DNA from: Neodothiora populina
Lineage: Eukaryota
Assembly (NCBI RefSeq): GCF_041146345.1
Contig: NW_027191406.1
Coordinates: 186,001-250,000 of the forward strand
Reading direction: 5' to 3'
DNA length: 64,000 nt
Position 1 is the stretch's first letter. Each line of letters begins with the position of its first letter. Below, piece by piece: positions 60,969 to 64,000 of this stretch. A model generated the notes under the pieces. The model made no database searches, was not told the origin of the DNA, and was given only the letters and a program-made list of their open reading frames with translations. The translations under genes were made by a program, and so were the position numbers.

Positions 60969-63953
60969 CTACGTCCTCCACCCCTGCGTCAGACTATGCA
61001 AGCGATCAATAACAACAGGACCCCACGCCTCAAGACTCCTATGAATCAAATTATCGAAAAAAGCGACCGCCTCGTCCTCGCTCAACTGTAGACAGAACCT
61101 CTCCTCGACCTTCTTGACCGCCATCTCGCCGCCAACAAGTTTGATATCGGGAATACTCGCATCCTGCATCAGCGCGAAGAGGTTCAGTATCAGACTGCTC
61201 GAGCGACGCAGCGTCGTGAACGCCGTGAAGCAGTACTGTCTGAACTCATCGAATTGGGAGTCTGGGTTTTTCTCGAGCGACGACCCGCCTAGGCCGTCGA
61301 TCATCTCGACGCTGAGCTTCATCGATGGCGCGAGCGGTTTAGGATCGCGGCCTAGGATGTAGCCGAAGTCGGCGTGGAAGAAGTGCCCTGAGGGTGAGAG
61401 CAGCAGGTTGTCCATGTGCCTGTCGCCGACGCCGAGGAGGTAGGTTATTACGCAGTAGCCTGCTAGTGACTTGACGTAGGTGTCCATTGCTTGTTTTCTG
61501 ACGCCGAGGATCGAGGATACTGTGGGGGTAGGGTTGTTGTTCGTTGATGAGGACGAAGAGGGGGGAGGAGCTGACACGGGGTTGTTGCGTCGGAGGTACT
61601 CGAGGATGGAATTGTGGTATTTGGTGCTTGCGAGGATGTCGGACAGCGGCTTCGAATACACGAATTGGACTGCGCCGGCCAGAGCACCGGTGGCGAGGAT
61701 GCGATAAGGGGAAAGTTGGAGGTTGAGATTCTCCTTTTGCAACAGTCGGTCCATTAGCGAGATGATTTGTATCACCAACTGGTCCTGACGCAGGTTGTCG
61801 CCGACTTTAAAGATCATGGAGAAGCAGTCTCCCTTGCCCTTGTCGGTCTTGAACTTGAGCAATAATGGCGACAGAGTCGACTTGAAGACGTTGGCTTCTT
61901 CTGGCACGACTCCGGTGATGTGTATCGTCGGATCGAGAGGTAGAGGCAGAGGGGGGTCGATCTTGATGAGTTCGTTCTTGGGATCAGCGAGCGCCTTTTT
62001 CAGCTTGTCAATCTTACGCTGTCTGTCTTCGCGCGATGATTGAGCATCTTCAGACAGCTTGGACAGAACGGTGATGAACTCTCCTTGTCGAAGCAGCGTC
62101 TTCCGTCGCGCTTGGCCCTCTGCCGTCTTCTCGAGTTCTTGCATGAAGTCATAGGACACACGTGCGTACAGCTTGCGATAGGCTACAGCCTGCGGGTCGA
62201 GACTCGAGCGGTCGTCGAGCTCAACCATCAGATACCAGTGCAGGTAGTTACCGAGCAAGATATTGGCTGCAGAGCGCGAGATCAGGAAGGCAGCGAGAGA
62301 AGAGTCCGAGTACTCGGGATTGTCGGACGTGGCATCTGGCTCGAACTTGAGTGCTTGGACGAGTTGCAGCAAGTACAACATCAGCTCCTGTTTTGTTGTC
62401 AGTAAGGTTTATAGAGAGCCAAAGAAAGAAACCGACCTCGTCATCAGCCTTGCGTAGCCGGTCAACAGCATATGCACGAACATCAGGATTAGTAAAGTTG
62501 GGAGCAAGCAACTCCAAAGCGTCGTCGGTGTCAATCTCCTCCCACTTAGGAAGCAGTTGTATGACCTGTTTGACTTCATTGGGGTCGGTCCACGACGTCG
62601 ATTTGATCAGTTTCGTCAGAGCACGCTTGTCTCTGGTGAGGTAATGCCTGAATTTGAATATCTTGTCCTTCTCCTCGGCACTGAGCTCGGCGGTGGGACC
62701 ATAAGACATGATTGCGTTCAGCTGATCTCTGGTCTTTGGATTTGGCTTGAGATGTCTGTCGAGCATGCCGATGCGTTGATTCCTCACAAGACTTCTGTGC
62801 TTGGTTTCTGCGGGGTTGTCGCTGAAGCCAACCTCGGGGTCGTATATGCGGATCAGGTGCGTGCCGTTGGGGTCACCATAGCCGGGAGTGTTGGTATCAA
62901 TGCCGGCAGCGAAATGCACTTCGGGAGGAGGTTTCAGCCTCACGTCAGACGTCGGAGTGTTTCGTACTCTGATGTTAGAAAGTGGAGGCGGCGGGTATTC
63001 ATGGTCGGTGAACACAACAGGATGATCGAAACGGGGGAGATCAATATAGAGATAGAAGATGGCATTCCGGTCATCATCATCATCATCGTCGTCGTCGTCG
63101 TCGTCGTCAGGCGTCTGGCCATCAATACCCAGACCGGTGGCAGTATCGTCGTCAGCATTTGCAGCTTGCCCGAGCCGAGCTGGTTCCAGAGTGGAGGCGT
63201 GCCTCAGGTTTGTCCGCTCCATGCGTTCGATCTGCCTGAAGAGCATCTGGTCGAGCCACTTGTTGTCTGGAATCTCGCCCATCTCGTGTTTTTTGAGTAG
63301 TTCGCTCAGTCTTTCCAGCTCAGCCGCTCTCCGGCCATGTTTGTCATTCGCGTAGACGTGTTTCTCCTCCTGTCCGCGTCTCGGCTTCTTGGGAGCCCAA
63401 GGAGTGGTCGAGTCGCTGAAGCCGTCTGCAGGCTTATGTCTCCACAATCTACACTTCTGCCTGCCCTTTCTCAACGTGCCATCGTCGTCGAAAAGAGAGA
63501 TGGTCGTGCCCCCAAAGGGGATGTGGTGTCCTCGAGCGCCTTCATTTCCGACGGGCGACAGGTCCCAGACGGTCAGGGCCAGTTGGGCGTTGAGCGGAAC
63601 AAGCGAATAATTCACGGGCAGCTCGAGCCACTCATTCCACACTCGCGAGTTCTTGAATGTCCTGTATCGAGTCTGGGCGTGGACTGCTAGCGGTTTGCTG
63701 TCGGCGAATATCTGGGCAGTGACATAGACCTCGGATGTCGGACTCAGGTTGGATCCTCGATGGCGGAGTTCCGGCTTTCGCAGTAGCGTCGAATAAGGCA
63801 GTGGCTTCTCGTAGCCTTCCAGTCGTCCTCTATATCGTTGTCTCGAGTCAGCTCTGGAGTTGTCCATGTGGTGGTGATCGGAAATACAACCCACACCTTG
63901 ACGTTGACCCGCGTCTTGAGATCCGACGAACTGGCGAATGTGAAGCTGTCCAT
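60969..63953 (-). CDS. VPS34: Class III phosphatidylinositol 3-kinase (3 exons)
   Basis: MDSFTFASSSDL start, C2 domain WNEWLELP, PIK helical domain, FKVGDNLRQDQLV, YLLGVGDRHMDN, HADFGYILGRDPKP and C-terminal QGWRT. Confidence 0.97.
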
Positions 63954-64000
63954 TTCTGCTTCTCTACCAAGTGGCCAGATACATGTCTAGTGGAGAGTCA

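Overview
Gene-dense, intron-containing filamentous ascomycete (Pezizomycotina) chromosome segment. A Eurotiomycetes/black-yeast-like origin is my impression only. From about 7.8 kb onward it is mostly conserved housekeeping genes: twinfilin, SFC1, MED22, eIF5, THI6, a RING-PHD-SRI protein, RPL43, a saccharopine-dehydrogenase-like protein, a Cid1/Cid13-type nucleotidyltransferase, two isochorismatase-family genes, calmodulin, TLG2, acetate kinase, IWR1, a Myb-like protein, an ENT transporter, a protoglobin, LOA1, KAR3/KlpA and VPS34. The first 7.3 kb looks accessory. It holds a co-oriented minus-strand trio (Mx-like dynamin GTPase, a stop-interrupted unknown reading frame, and an OTT_1508-type Zn deaminase), then an intact dispersed 5S rRNA gene and a frameshifted hypothetical gene; this is the best candidate for an undescribed defence-like module. 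Other signals are weak-context uORFs in the eIF5 leader, structured introns in THI6, the RING-PHD gene and RPL43, a 450-nt stop-free in-frame intron in KAR3, and possible non-AUG N-terminal extensions. Exon boundaries were read by eye, and no database search or folding program was run.
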